Source: Octopus vulgaris (lineage: Eukaryota). From it: a stretch of 64,000 nt of DNA. Both the position numbers and the translations under genes were made by a program. Where the stretch lies: contig OX597818.1 in NCBI GenBank assembly GCA_951406725.2, positions 20,460,001 to 20,524,000 on the forward strand. Reading direction: 5' to 3'. The notes under the pieces were generated by a model, which worked only from the letters and a program-made list of their open reading frames with translations, did not search any database and was not told the DNA's origin. Below are positions 1 through 13,499 of the stretch, piece by piece (the stretch's first letter is position 1; each line of letters begins with the position of its first letter).

Positions 1-6
1 CTGATG

Positions 7-37
<31 letters not shown>

Positions 38-60
38 TGATGATGATGATGATGATGATT

Positions 61-280
61 TCTGTTAAGGGCACAGTCCAACAAATTGTATGTGTATTCG
101 TGGGCGTGCGAAGGAGGAGGTATCGATCATATCGATACCTTATACGTAACTGGTTCTTTCTTCAGTTGACTCGGAAAGAATGAAAGCAAAGTTGACCCCC
201 GAGAGGATTTGAACTTGGAACGTATAGATAAGTAACTAGATATCACAAGGTATTTTATTGGTCACTTTACGGATTCTCTG
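61..280 (-). mobile_element. Degraded tRNA-derived SINE (Nin/Deu-domain-like family)
   Basis: Diverged reverse match to the better copies at 10994 and 12861 (GAAAGAATGAAAGCAAAGTTGACC...ATTTGAACT). Confidence 0.6.
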
Positions 281-1143
281 ACATCCTACATCTGGGACGG
301 TGCTGCCACTATTTATTATGCACCAAAAACACCCCAAAATAAATCCAAATGATGGCCACCCAAATGACTGGCTGTGATGCAATCTAACATTTTTTAACCA
401 TTAGATTACAGACAAGATGTCTCCTTTCTGTTTTTTCCTACCGCTAATACGACGGTCACTGTTTCTCTAAGCATTTTAGTTGCATACCACCACCTACGTC
501 CAGGCTTATTCGTACACTCGACCTAACGAGGGACGCTCTACACAATTACTCAACAAATATTGTACAACCATCACTCAAAAGCGAGCCTAACTTGGTAACA
601 AGTAATATGCTTGCGTTAATTGTTTAAGATGTCAATGTTATCGCGAACAGACATAAACACGGTGTCTACCCACTCAACTTTGGCCCAACGAGCATCCAGG
701 ATGAGACAGTTAGAGGGAGAAGGAGCTGCATCACCACCCAGCTGGTACTCGTTACATCTGAAGCAAACTGGATCAACGTGAAATGAAGTGTCATGACCAA
801 CTATACATCGCGCCACCCAGTTCAGAAACTGAATCTGCGATTTTATGAATATGAGCAGAATCACTCAAATTACTAGAAAAAGCAACCAAATTCCTCTCAA
901 ATTGTACCCAACCATCTCAGCAAATGTCAAGTGATAATGCAGTCTAAATGCATTGTATCAATAACACATTTAAAGGTTATGGCTGGAATAACTTTGATCA
1001 TAATCTGCTCCATCATGACTGACCCAGGGCTAAACAACATAAACAGGCAAAATATCTGTGTGTCTTCCGCTGGTTACTTATACTGCTGTGTCTTGCGAGC
1101 GCCAAGAACTGCACTAACCACTTTACTCAGTTCTCTCTCTCAC

Positions 1144-1275
1144 CCAGAACTGTAAATCCACCTTTTTTTTTCTCCCTCCTGCAAGCGTCGACATACAGAC
1201 ATTCAAACTGAACGTCAATTCTATCACTCCCACCAGTCATGAGCCAGTGAAAATCAAGGGTATATGTTCTTCCCT
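1144..1275 (-). other. Candidate internal exon (132 bp) of an unidentified minus-strand gene
   Basis: Pyrimidine-rich acceptor TTGTTTGTTCTTTTTGTCAG and donor G/GTGAGA. Length is divisible by 3 and it is open in phase 1-1 (GRTYTLDFHWLMTGGSDRIDVQFECLYVDACRREKKKGGFTVL). No homolog recognised. Confidence 0.5.
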
Positions 1276-1967
1276 CTGACAAAAAGAACAACAACAAAAA
1301 ACAAAAAACGAAAAAAAGACAAATGTGATGAAAAAGAAAAACCAACATAAACCAAAACTGTTTATGCGTGGAGCGTGTGATAAAGTCGCTTATATCACCA
1401 ACATAGAGCAACAAGAAAGTGATTGTAGCGGTAGATGAACCGGAAGTGAGTTGGCACGACCTTATAAGCTTATTCCCTAATTGAATAACTTATAAAAATA
1501 AACGATGACATAGGAGATAACAATAACCATGACGAGGATAATGGTGACAACCACCACGACCGTAATAATAATATAGATAATCTTTTATTGTATTTTCACA
1601 TGGGTGCTTGGTAGATGAGGGAACATTTCATAGATAGGTTACAAGAAGTAGGGAAAGTTTACGCAGAAACTGGATGAATGAGAGAAAAACAAGTACATGC
1701 TCGGTAGTGTTTTTCTAGATCCAGCTCTGTCCCACGGTAGTATTTCCAGGACAAGGTGTTTTTGAAAGTTATCAGTAATTTCTGGAAGTTATTTTAGTTC
1801 CCGCCAGTGTCGCCAGATTAAACTCATATAACAGGCTACATATCTTTTCCGGACTGCGCTATACATTTATTTTTCATTTGAGCTACTTACTACATTAAAT
1901 TGTTGATTTTTTTTTTTTTTATGTAAGAATGCATATGAAATTATCGACTAACAAAATTATCACTAAC

Positions 1968-2706
1968 CTAGAGGTAATTCCAGCAAATATTTTCATTTAC
2001 GAGCAAAAGTATTCCGTTTAAGCTACTTTCAACTTTCGCAAACACAATTTTCTACTTCTTGAGAATTTTCTGCCATCTTTTGCGAAAATAATATGAAAAC
2101 CTTGCTTCTTGTGCCGAAAGTCCTCTGAAATGGAGCAGTCACTTAATTCCAGTTGACGACTAGAGTTTCCCCGTGTACGCTGTCGCTCTTTCCCATCATT
2201 GGACCTTTATAGTGTAGAACTTCCATACGTCACATTGCTCGATTTTTTTTTTGTTTTTGTTTATTTTCTCATCGCCTCGTCAGTGACTCCTTGCAACGGG
2301 CCGACTTGATCTTGTCGTACAAGATCTTGGGCCGGAGAAGCCTGAGACGTAGGAAACGGGTACATGCGAACGTGCATCTTGTGCTTATATTATTGTAGAC
2401 TTGTGGTTGTGAATTGGTTGGCTTAGTGGAGCGACTTTTCCTTGTGGGTAATAGAGGTTGAAACGTCCTACAGGGCGTTGCTATTTTTGTTTTTGCTGTT
2501 TCGGGAGAGTTCTTTATTTGCCATTGTGTTCCTCTGTTGCTACTGTGGCTGTTGATTTTGGTTGTAGTACAACTGCTGTAGTTGCTGCCAGTGTAGTATT
2601 TATTTTCCACAAATTGGATAGAATGATGAGGAAATATGATTATTGTGATGGTAATTTATACAATGATGACGCTGACGGTGACTTCGACGACGACGACGAC
2701 GACGAC

Positions 2707-2739
<33 letters not shown>

Positions 2740-2804
2740 AGCATTATCAAATAAGGACGGTAGAAGTTGTAGTGATGGTGGTGGTGGTGGTGGTGGTGGT
2801 GGAG

Positions 2805-2885
<81 letters not shown>

Positions 2886-3256
2886 GTAGAAGAAGCAGCA
2901 GCGGTGCGGTGGTGGTGGTGGTGGTGGTGGCAGTGGTCGTAATGGGGAATGATAGGGCATTTGATGCGAATTAATGTGGTGTTGGATTCGTGTCGAGGAT
3001 TTTGTTGCAGTCGCTTCCGTTTGTTATTGCTAATAACTTATTAAAACAAAAGTGTTAGATGTATTTACCGGCTTTGAATAAAAAGATTGTTGCGTTGTGT
3101 TGACAGTGGTTGTAGCGAGGTAGGAGTGAGGGAGGGGAACGAGTGGAGTGTAGGATGTGTAGTTGGGGTATTTGTGAGAGTAGTGGAAGTGGGGTGAGGG
3201 AGGTTTCTCCCGTCGTCGTAACCGTCGTCATTCACTTGGTTGTGATATTGGTGTTT
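1968..3256 (-). other. Candidate large, probably untranslated exon containing trinucleotide repeats
   Basis: Acceptor TTTCTCCTTTCACTGTCAG just before 3256. Possible donors CG/GTAAAT at 3069 or AG/GTTAGT at 1968. Unique sequence interleaved with (GAC)(GAT)(GGT)(AGT)(AGC) repeats. Confidence 0.3.
2686..2930. repeat. Compound trinucleotide microsatellite (GAC/GAT/GGT/AGT/AGC)
   Basis: Directly visible. Confidence 0.95.
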
Positions 3257-3321
3257 CTGACAGTGAAAGGAGAAACACCGCAGTATAAGATTTCACACCC
3301 AGACACACACTACGCATTGTA

Positions 3322-3368
<47 letters not shown>

Positions 3369-3545
3369 ATTGTATATGTGTATGCGTTTGTGTGCGTGTA
3401 TTATGTGTCCTATTAGCATCTTGGGATTTCTTATACAGAATATAGTTAAATGACTCCTATTTAGGGGACAATGAGCACATTCACTCATGTCTTTATATGC
3501 ACACATTCACATGCATGCACACACATATAAGGACGATGATGAGGA

Positions 3546-4423
<878 letters not shown>

Positions 4424-4545
4424 TATATACATATATATATATATATACATATATATATACATATATATATATACATATATATATATGTGTGTATATATAT
4501 ATACATACATATACATATACATATATATATATATATATATATGTG

Positions 4546-4582
<37 letters not shown>

Positions 4583-4600
4583 TATACATACATATATACA

Positions 4601-4660
<60 letters not shown>

Positions 4661-4664
<4 letters not shown>

Positions 4665-5902
4665 GTCATCCCATTAGTTCTGTCCGAATTTTGAATAAAT
4701 AAAACAAGTGATCAAATGTTATATTTAATTGAAATTTAATCATCAATGTACTTTCCCTGATTATCTATGACTTCCTTCCATCTATTTACAAGCTTTTTAA
4801 TCCCATCAATGTAAAAGTCTTTTGGTTTCAAAGCGAAGAACTCTGAAATGTCACTTTCGGCCTCCTCCTGGCTTGCGAAAGTTATGTCCCCCAAACGATT
4901 CAGTAAACTACGAAATAAATGGTAGTTTGAAGGGGCAAGGTCGGGAGAATGAGGAGGATGAAGAATATTTTCCCAACCAAGCTCTTCGATCTTCTGTGAT
5001 GTGATTTTTTCAGTGTGGGGTCGCGCATTGTCCTGATGAAACATCACTCATTTTCGATTCACTAAAGCGGGTCTATTTTCTTCAAAGACTTGACCATTGA
5101 TTCTTGCATTAGGTGGTAACAATTCAAAGTGAATTACTCCTTTGCAATCCCACCAGATAGAGAGAATAACCTTTTTCCTATGAAGTTCCCTTCTCGGTTG
5201 TGGTTGAACATTTCCCCTGTTTATGACGTTTAACATTTCAATAGAAGATCCATTTTTCGTCACCAGTCACAAGTCTATCCAAAAAGGGTGAAATGAGTTC
5301 ACGAGAATGGAGAGAAGAGCAGATGTCAACTCGGGATTTGCAGTTACTTTCGGACAATTCATGAGGCACCCATTTTCCAAGTTTAGGAACCATTCCAAGT
5401 TGTTGAGAATGACGATGAATAGTTCTATGGTTTGAACTAAGTTCTATTGCCAATTCTTCAACTGATAATGCAGGATTTTCTTCAAGTAATGCCTCAAGGA
5501 GCTTGTCATCAAACTCAACTGGATGTCCTGTTCGATCTTCATCTTCAAGGCTGAAATGTCCACTTCTGAATATTGTAAACCATCTTCTGCAAGTTCTTTT
5601 ATTCAAGCATTCTTTCTCATAAACTGAGTATATGTTTCGAGTCACTTCGGCTGCAGAGTTTCCTTTTTTGTACTCATAAAGCATTATGTGCCTCAAATGC
5701 TCTTTGGATACTTCTATGTTAGAAAGGGTTTTAATCAAAGAAATTTTAATTCTATTATTCTGTAAAATAATATTTAATTAGTTTAAATGTACACAAATAC
5801 ATAAAAATAATTTTAAATCCCATTAGACATTCTAAAATACTATTAAACTTCATTCAATTTTAAAGAAAGGTAAAATCGGACAGAACTTATGGGATGACGT
5901 GA
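4661..5902 (-). mobile_element. Near full-length mariner (DD34D-type) transposon, defective
   Basis: TIRs TCAGGTCATCCCATTAGTTCTGTCCGA / TCGGACAGAACTTATGGGATGACGTGA, flanked by TA, about 1.24 kb. Confidence 0.95.
4736..5738 (-). pseudogene. Mariner transposase pseudogene
   Basis: Motifs WVPHEL, TGDEKW, HQDNARPH and HSPDLAPSNY (third catalytic D changed to N), split over three ORFs by lesions. Confidence 0.93.
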
Positions 5903-5928
5903 TATATGTGTGTGTGTGCGTATGTATG

Positions 5929-5959
<31 letters not shown>

Positions 5960-6174
5960 TGTGCGTGTCTATATAGAGAGAAAGAGAGAGAGAAAGATGT
6001 TGGGGATAATGTCACTAATGCATACAGTTTATACATAATCGTGTGAATAATCGGCACCATGAAACTTTGAGTAAGGATTCAAAAAGCTTCAGTTTATGAT
6101 GATGATACTTCTACTACTATACTACTATTAATGATAATAATAACAATCGTTAAATATGTGTATATATATATGCA

Positions 6175-6215
<41 letters not shown>

Positions 6216-7005
6216 GTTTATATACACACACACATATACATATATATATATATATACACTCACACACATATACATAGAAATGTGTGTGTGCGTGCATGTG
6301 TGCGTGTGTGCATGTGTGTGTGCGTGTATGTGTGTGTATGCAAATCTCAGATACACGCACACACTCACACACTCACACACTCACATACTCAGATTCTTTG
6401 TTGTTTACACAAGCAGTTCTATCCATTCAGACAAAAACAGTAGCGACCTCTAGCTATCAAAACTGACATGCACCTACATAAACAGTAGCATTTGTTTCTA
6501 TAACCGCTAATTAGTTTATTCACTGCAGCCTACACACACACACACGCACACACACACATATACACACACACACACGTACATACACACATACACAAACATA
6601 CATGCGCAGACATATACGCATCTGCATACAATCACACACGTTCATACACGCATAGCATGGTATTTTCATATTCATTCGAACAGGCACAAACACATACACA
6701 TATATAAAAATAAAATTCTTACGATTAAAATTACAAACACACGCACACATACACACACACACACACACTCATACACACACACACATACACACACACACAC
6801 ACACACACTCATACACACACACACACACAGAGGCATACAGGCAAACGATCATGCGTACATATGCAGATACTTTAAGCATTCATATAAAATATGTAATGCA
6901 CACATGGATAAAAACAGATAAATATACGTGTATGTGTGTGTGTGCGTGTGGTATATATACATATATGTGTGTGTGTGTACATATATGTACACATGCATAT
7001 ATAAA

Positions 7006-7093
<88 letters not shown>

Positions 7094-7110
7094 ATATATA
7101 TATATATATC

Positions 7111-8032
7111 CTGACAGACGATACAAAGAAAACAAGGACAGATCATTCGAAGTTTTCTATGCTCAGTCGAGTTCCAGATTATCTTTGCAATTTCGGCTGG
7201 TTATACTCGAGATTGCTCCAATCTGGCCAGCCCCAAGGAAAAAATAAGCTAAGAGCATTACATTCCTTGGAAGAAAGCAGCGAATATATACGAAAACAAG
7301 AACGGAAAAAAAAGAACAGAGAAATGTTACATAAATAAAAATAACAGGACATAACAACAGGTGTCTTTCGACCAAGGACGAATTAAATTAAGCTGGCGTG
7401 TTTGGAAGTAGAGCCTTACGGCAGGGACACAAGATTTAACAGGCACGGAAGAAATATAGATGTTGCGCGGTAGTCAAACCAAGAAAGGTCAGGCCTGGTC
7501 GAACACCAGTCATGTGGCCTTCTTTTCATGCTCACTTTCCCTCTTTCACTTCACAGTGTCTCTTTCATTTTTTCTCGCCCCTCCTTAATTCTTTTATCCC
7601 TCTGCCTCTACCTCTCTCTCTTATCCCTCCACGTGACCGGTGTTCGACCAGGCCTTACCTTTTCTTTCTTTCTTGGTTTGACTACTGTCTGTGCAACATC
7701 TATATTCCTCTCTGTACCTGTTAAATCTTATGTCTCTACTGTAAGGCTTTTCTTCCATACACGCCAGCTTAATTTAATTCGTCCTTGGTCGAAAGACACC
7801 TGTTATTTGTATTTGTGTAACATTTCTCTGGGTTTTTTCCGTCCTTGTTTTCGTATACATTCGCTGCTTTCTTCCACGGAATGTAATGCGATTAGCTTAT
7901 TTTTTCCTTGGGGCTGGTCAGATTGGAACAATCTCGAGTATAACCAGCCGAAATTGAAAAGATAATCTGGAACTTGATTGAGGATAGAAAACTCCGAATG
8001 ATCCGTCTTTGTTTTCCTTGTATCGTCTGTCT
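7111..8032. repeat. Long imperfect inverted repeat (arms about 400 bp, pyrimidine-rich spacer about 110 bp)
   Basis: 7114-7517 is reverse-complementary to about 7629-8030 (CAGACGATACAAAGAAAACAAGGAC... / ...GTCTTTGTTTTCCTTGTATCGTCTG). Confidence 0.9.
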
Positions 8033-8099
8033 GGATATATTGTTGTTCCTTTTTTGTTTTACATAACTGTCTGGATGTTCTGCGCTTTTGTTCCATTTT

Positions 8100-8175
<76 letters not shown>

Positions 8176-8315
8176 TTGTGGTATATTCTGTAAAGAACGT
8201 AGTAGAGTACAGTATAAAGAAAGCTCTTCCGTTTTCAGATTTCACCCTGTGCTATCTACTTGTATTATACGTACTTCCAGGTTTGAGTTTAGATCTCTGT
8301 CGTGTTTGAATAGTT

Positions 8316-8355
<40 letters not shown>

Positions 8356-8496
8356 TATATAGAAGGTTTAGAACTGTTTCATTCAGAGCTCTTGAATGAA
8401 ACAGTTCTAGTCTGTGCTCCTCTAATAATAAATTAATTTTACTCTGCTATGTATAGTACCTTATTTACTGTGGTTAACCCGAATCAACCCGGGACC

Positions 8497-8589
<93 letters not shown>

Positions 8590-8644
8590 GTTTCTTTATT
8601 ATGCACACAGATAGTTAGGTAGAGCTTTTCTTTTGGGGGAAAAA

Positions 8645-8734
<90 letters not shown>

Positions 8735-8766
8735 GTGTGTGTGTCTCTTTATCAATACACGTATAC

Positions 8767-8800
<34 letters not shown>

Positions 8801-8949
8801 ATGTATGTATGTATGTATGCATGTATGTATGTATGTATGTATGTATGCACGTACGTATGTATATGTATATGTATGGGGCGGAAGGTGCATTTGTGCGTGT
8901 ATATGTATGAGTGTACAGAGAGAGGGTGAGAGAGAGATTGATCTTTTAA

Positions 8950-9625
8950 AAGGGAGAAATAGGTCTTAATACTTAATGTAGATTCTAGTTTTTTTATCAG
9001 CTATGAAGCCTACATAGCTTTGGATTTAAGTACCAAAACTTTTTGCGCCAAAGAACTGGACTGGTGCTGGGGCAAAATAAATAAATAAATAATTAAATAA
9101 AACTATACTCTCCTGAGTCACTTAGTAGCTTCACAGCTTATATATGTTTTGTGCCATCCGGTTCTCTATTGTAACGCGGCTGAACGTTGCAAGCGTGGGC
9201 CTTAAGTAAGAACTTATGACTACTCCATCTTGTTTATATAAAATGCCTTGTGGGCAGCGAAAAGGATACTTCTGTAGTACATATCACTAACAGCTTCTTC
9301 TTTCAAGTGGATTCTGTAGCGAATGTCTTTAGTTTAATTTGTTTATATACATTGTCTAATATAATTTCTATTGTTTCTGACACTGGATCGTTTGTAAGCA
9401 AATTTTCCTACATTTAGAGCAGAGATGGTGCGCCTACATCCTTTATATCTTCTAAATTCTTTAGAAATTTCTCATATGACCGTATGTTATAGTTCTGGGG
9501 TGTTTTTACTTTCTTCTTCTTTATTTTTTTAAGGCCATCTACTTGATATGCGATTTTATGTGTAGTTATATTTATTTACGATATTGCACGTCTGAGTCGG
9601 TTAGTTTTGATTATATGTACTTTCA
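8950..9625 (-). pseudogene. Decayed Penelope-like element reverse transcriptase fragment
   Basis: Manual translation across frameshifts gives LRRAIS...TTHKIA, ENLLTNDPVSETIEIILDNVYK, LLVICTTEVSF and YKQDGVVISSYLRPTLA. These match the PLE RT motifs LRPIIS, SLFTNVPVxETI and YxQxDGVAMGSPLGPTLA. Confidence 0.75.
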
Positions 9626-9712
9626 CTACATCCGTGTGTATGTTGTGTATATATATAAGAAATTAAAAAAGGAAAATACGCACACTTACATAGTTTTAAT
9701 ATAATTTTTAAT

Positions 9713-9747
9713 ATATCGACCGGTTTCGCTATCGCTATTCATGATAT
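9713..9747 (-). ncRNA. Minimal type I hammerhead ribozyme motif, A3:U8 variant
   Basis: Reverse strand reads AUAUC-AUGAAUA-GC(GAUA)GC-GAAA-CCGG-UC/GAUAU. Confidence 0.7.
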
Positions 9748-9897
9748 TATGTTTTACTTATTTGAATATATATTTTTTCTTAAGAAGAAATTTGGTCCAT
9801 GTTGTGTGTGATGGAATTCACGAGTGAATTTCATCACACACAACATGGACCAAATTTCTTCTTTAGAAAAAATATATATTCAAATAAGTAAAACATA

Positions 9898-9932
9898 ATA
9901 TCATGAATAGCGATAGCGAAACCGGTCGATAT
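9898..9932 (+). ncRNA. Minimal type I hammerhead ribozyme motif, A3:U8 variant
   Basis: Helix I ATATC/GATAT, core ATGAATA, stem II GC-GATA-GC, GAAA, palindromic ACCGGT, UC cleavage site. Confidence 0.7.
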
Positions 9933-10039
9933 ATTAAAAATTATATTAAAACTATGTAAGCGTGCATATTTTCCTTTTTTAATTTCTTATATACATTATA
10001 ACTCACCACGTGGGGATAATCGAAATTCCTCTTTTCTGT

Positions 10040-10196
<157 letters not shown>

Positions 10197-10208
10197 ATAT
10201 ATATGTAT

Positions 10209-10899
10209 CAGTGGCAACTCCGGCTCTCGGGCTGTTCGGGCTTAGCCCGTGTATAAATTTAGTAAAGTGAACGTGTAGATGCAAGCTAATCAAAATTCCG
10301 CGAACACTGACTTAAAGTATGTAATTGTAGTCAATAACTCGGGCTCCGTTTATTGAGCCTGGTCGCAGTTCAGTTATTTTCGTTCAGAGTCTGGCGGTCG
10401 TCTTAGAGGTCGACATCGTTCACACAGAAGTTACAACCCGAGTTGTTATCAATAACTGAAAAAATTTAATTTTTTCTTGAAACAATAAATTTCTATAGAA
10501 ATTAGAATTTAAATTCCAATCTATAAAAAGTTGCCGTTCTACAATATTCTTAAAGGAACGAAAAATTTTCCCGCAACTCGGGCTAATATGAACGAACCTG
10601 GTTTATGTAAAAGTCTAATTGGTATCTCTTGTCAAGAGTACAGGCGACAGTCAGATCGCTGATGTTTGTTGTGCACTCCACTGTCGTTATTTGATTGCTA
10701 TTCTGCGCGTCTGCGTGTAAAGATCAGTTGTGTTTTGCAGGGTTGCTTTATTTTTACCCTTAACTTAGAAACAGAGGAAGACATAGTGCTAGATATATAA
10801 AATAAGGCATTTGGGGCTAGAAATATTGCAGAAAAACGGGAAATTCTTCGAGCAGGTATGTGTCTTATGTGAAATCTATGATGAGCCCGAGTAACGCTG
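10209..10899. mobile_element. Non-autonomous DNA transposon / MITE-like element
   Basis: Imperfect TIRs CAGTGGCAACTCCGGCTC / GAGCCCGAGTAACGCTG, with the internal motif CTCGGGCT repeated. No clear TSD. Confidence 0.5.
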
Positions 10900-10910
10900 A
10901 TGACCTAGAG

Positions 10911-10985
<75 letters not shown>

Positions 10986-10993
10986 ATTATTAT

Positions 10994-11390
10994 GGTGGCG
11001 AACTGGCAGAATGGGTAGCACGCCGGGCAAAATGCTTAACGTTATTTCGTCGAGTTCAAATTCCGCCCAGGTCGACTTTGCCTTTCATCCTTTCGGGGTC
11101 GATTAAATAAGTACCAGTTACGCACTAGGGTCGATATAATCGACTTAATCCGTTTGTCTGTCCTTGTTTGTCCTCTCTGTGTTTAGCCCCTTGTGAGTAG
11201 TAAAGAAATAGGTATTTCATCCATCCTCATGTTCTGAGTTCGACTTTGCCTTTCATCCTTTTAGTGTCGATAAATTAAGCACCAGCGAAACACTTGGGTC
11301 GATGTAATCGACTAGTCCCTTCCCTTCAAATTTCAAGCTTTGTGCCTATAGTAGAACGGATTGCTGCCCTTGTGGCAAAATTTGAAACTA
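10994..11390 (+). mobile_element. tRNA-derived SINE (Nin/Deu-domain-like) followed by a partial second copy
   Basis: A-box-like TGGCAGAATGG, B-box GAGTTCAAATTCC, core GCCTTTCATCCTTTCGGGGTCGAT..AAGTACCAG. Confidence 0.85.
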
Positions 11391-11416
11391 TTATTATTAT
11401 TATTATTATTATTATT

Positions 11417-11477
<61 letters not shown>

Positions 11478-11493
11478 ACATCATCATCATCAA

Positions 11494-11544
<51 letters not shown>

Positions 11545-12094
11545 TTATTTTTTAAATCTATTTATTTATTTTTGCCTTGCGACAGTTATTCTCGTGTGGA
11601 CAATTTCGTTGCAAAATTTTTGACAGATGTGATGGCTGAACGTGTACGAGCGCGTGCACACTTGTATGCATGTCAAAGTGTGTAACTATATGTGTATGTG
11701 TGTCGTCCGTGTGATTGTGAATGCGAGAAAGAGATTGTGTGTATATAGGTGTGTGAATGTGAATGCCTGTGTTAGCACATGAGCATAAGTTTCTTGTTGT
11801 TTTGTGTATGAGAGTGTATTTCTATGTCGGTGTGTACATATGTTTTTTCATACATTCTTGGCCATGTAAACGTGATTATGACTGCACATGTATGTACAAA
11901 TGCGTGTACATATGCATGTGCATAAACACATACCCACATAGGATCTATGTACGACAAAGCGATAGTGGTAGAGGCATAAAATCAGTATAAACAGCCTTTG
12001 AATGTCGTATCATATCACTGAAAGTCTTGAACAGTAGAGAGGGCTTAAACTCCGTTAGGAACAACTTAGGAACAACTCGTACATGCATACTCAA

Positions 12095-13215
12095 AAGTGA
12101 CAGAAACATTTTCAGAGTGGTGGAAGAACTACAGAACAGTTACTCTGAGAATACAACTGTCTCAATCGACCCAAAGAAGACTAGACTGACCAACCCAAAC
12201 AGAATTTGGAAGAGAGCTACCCATCATACCAGCGAAAAGCAATAGATGGCTACATATCCTGCAAATTGGTAGATAACAGCAGCATCAATAGGAAGAATAA
12301 CCTCTCCTGGACTTAATGATTGATGCATTACATCCAACCTAAAAGGAAATGCCTTCGCTATCCAGGAACAGGAAATGGCTGTTAAATACCTGATAAACAA
12401 GAGAAACAACGATGCCATTAAACCTCCACGTAGGGATAGAAAATGTCACTTATACCATCTAAAAATACTCCAAAATATCTACTAGATATCGCTTACTGGT
12501 GAGATATGATATAGCTGCTAAAACTATTTACAAATTTATCTACAGGAAGGATTGCCCGGACGGGTACATCAAAGGGTGTCTCAACTAGAAATATAAAGAA
12601 TACCGGTGGAACATTCCAATATAAACAGCAATCCGGTGCAAACGGAAGAGACATTATATTTTTCTGTGGAACTGTGAACAAAAGTCAGGCACCGTTGTAG
12701 AGGTCAGCTGTCCAATAGGTATGACGTACCTTCGAAAGTTCAGAAAAAAAAAGAACGTTTATGGTGAATTAATACAGAACTTACAGCCCTAGTATCCTAG
12801 CTATGAATTTTCTTTGTACTTTGAATTATGAATACATTAGGTTATATATCAACGGATATATTTCTCTATTGCCCACAAGGGGCTAAACATAGAGGGGACA
12901 GACAAAGGGATTAAGTCAATTACATAGACCCCAGTGCGTAACTGGTACTTAATTTATCGACCCCGAAAGGATGAAAGGCAAAGTCGACCTCGGCGGAATT
13001 TGAACTCACAATGTAACGGCAGACGAAATGCGGCTACGCATTTCGCCCGGCGTGCTAACGGTTCTGCCAACTCGCCGCCTTATATATCAACAGATATATG
13101 CACAAAAAAATAGAAGGCAAAAGAAACTGACGCGCATCCTCCAAATTCAATCTGTTAGCGGCACAGTGCAAATTTGTAAGACGTTCCAAAGAATCCCTGT
13201 CTGAGATTCTTTAAA
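12095..13215 (+). mobile_element. Decayed RLE-type (R4/NeSL-like) LINE 3' fragment interrupted by a SINE
   Basis: Residual AIQEQEMAVKYL, WNIPI and TVVEVSCP. Same family as 35900-36290. Confidence 0.6.
12861..13080 (-). mobile_element. Full-length tRNA-derived SINE (Nin/Deu-like) with a TSD of about 18 bp
   Basis: Complete head and tail, flanked by TATATATCAACGGATATA (12843-12860) and TATATATCAACAGATATA (13081-13098). Confidence 0.9.
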
Positions 13216-13499
13216 TGAATATATGCACAAATTTCCTAGTGTGCATCTACGAGGACACACGTTTAAGAAGTAATGGTGCACACACGAACCGAGACCGAAA
13301 CACTAAGGAGGCGTTCACACAGAACATACATGCATACACTTACATATATATGCACACACAAACGCAACCACATATTTACAAACACCTCTCAACTCAAAAA
13401 AGTCTTGGCACTTTATCAGCAACTGGCTTAAACTCCGTTAGGAACAACTTAGATAAATCTCAAAGAAAACACTCACACACATGCACACATAATGTCACA

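Larger units (their letters stand above)
9651..9993. mobile_element. Near-perfect palindrome of about 340 bp, probably an inverted pair of PLE terminal repeats (pLTR)
   Basis: Arms 9651-9820 and 9824-9993 are almost exact reverse complements. Each carries a hammerhead motif, and the element abuts the PLE RT relic. Confidence 0.75.

Noticed and set aside
2269-2610. 113-aa minus-strand ORF with an ATG start
   Set aside because: No recognisable domain and it lies in a probable UTR-like segment, so it cannot be supported as a CDS
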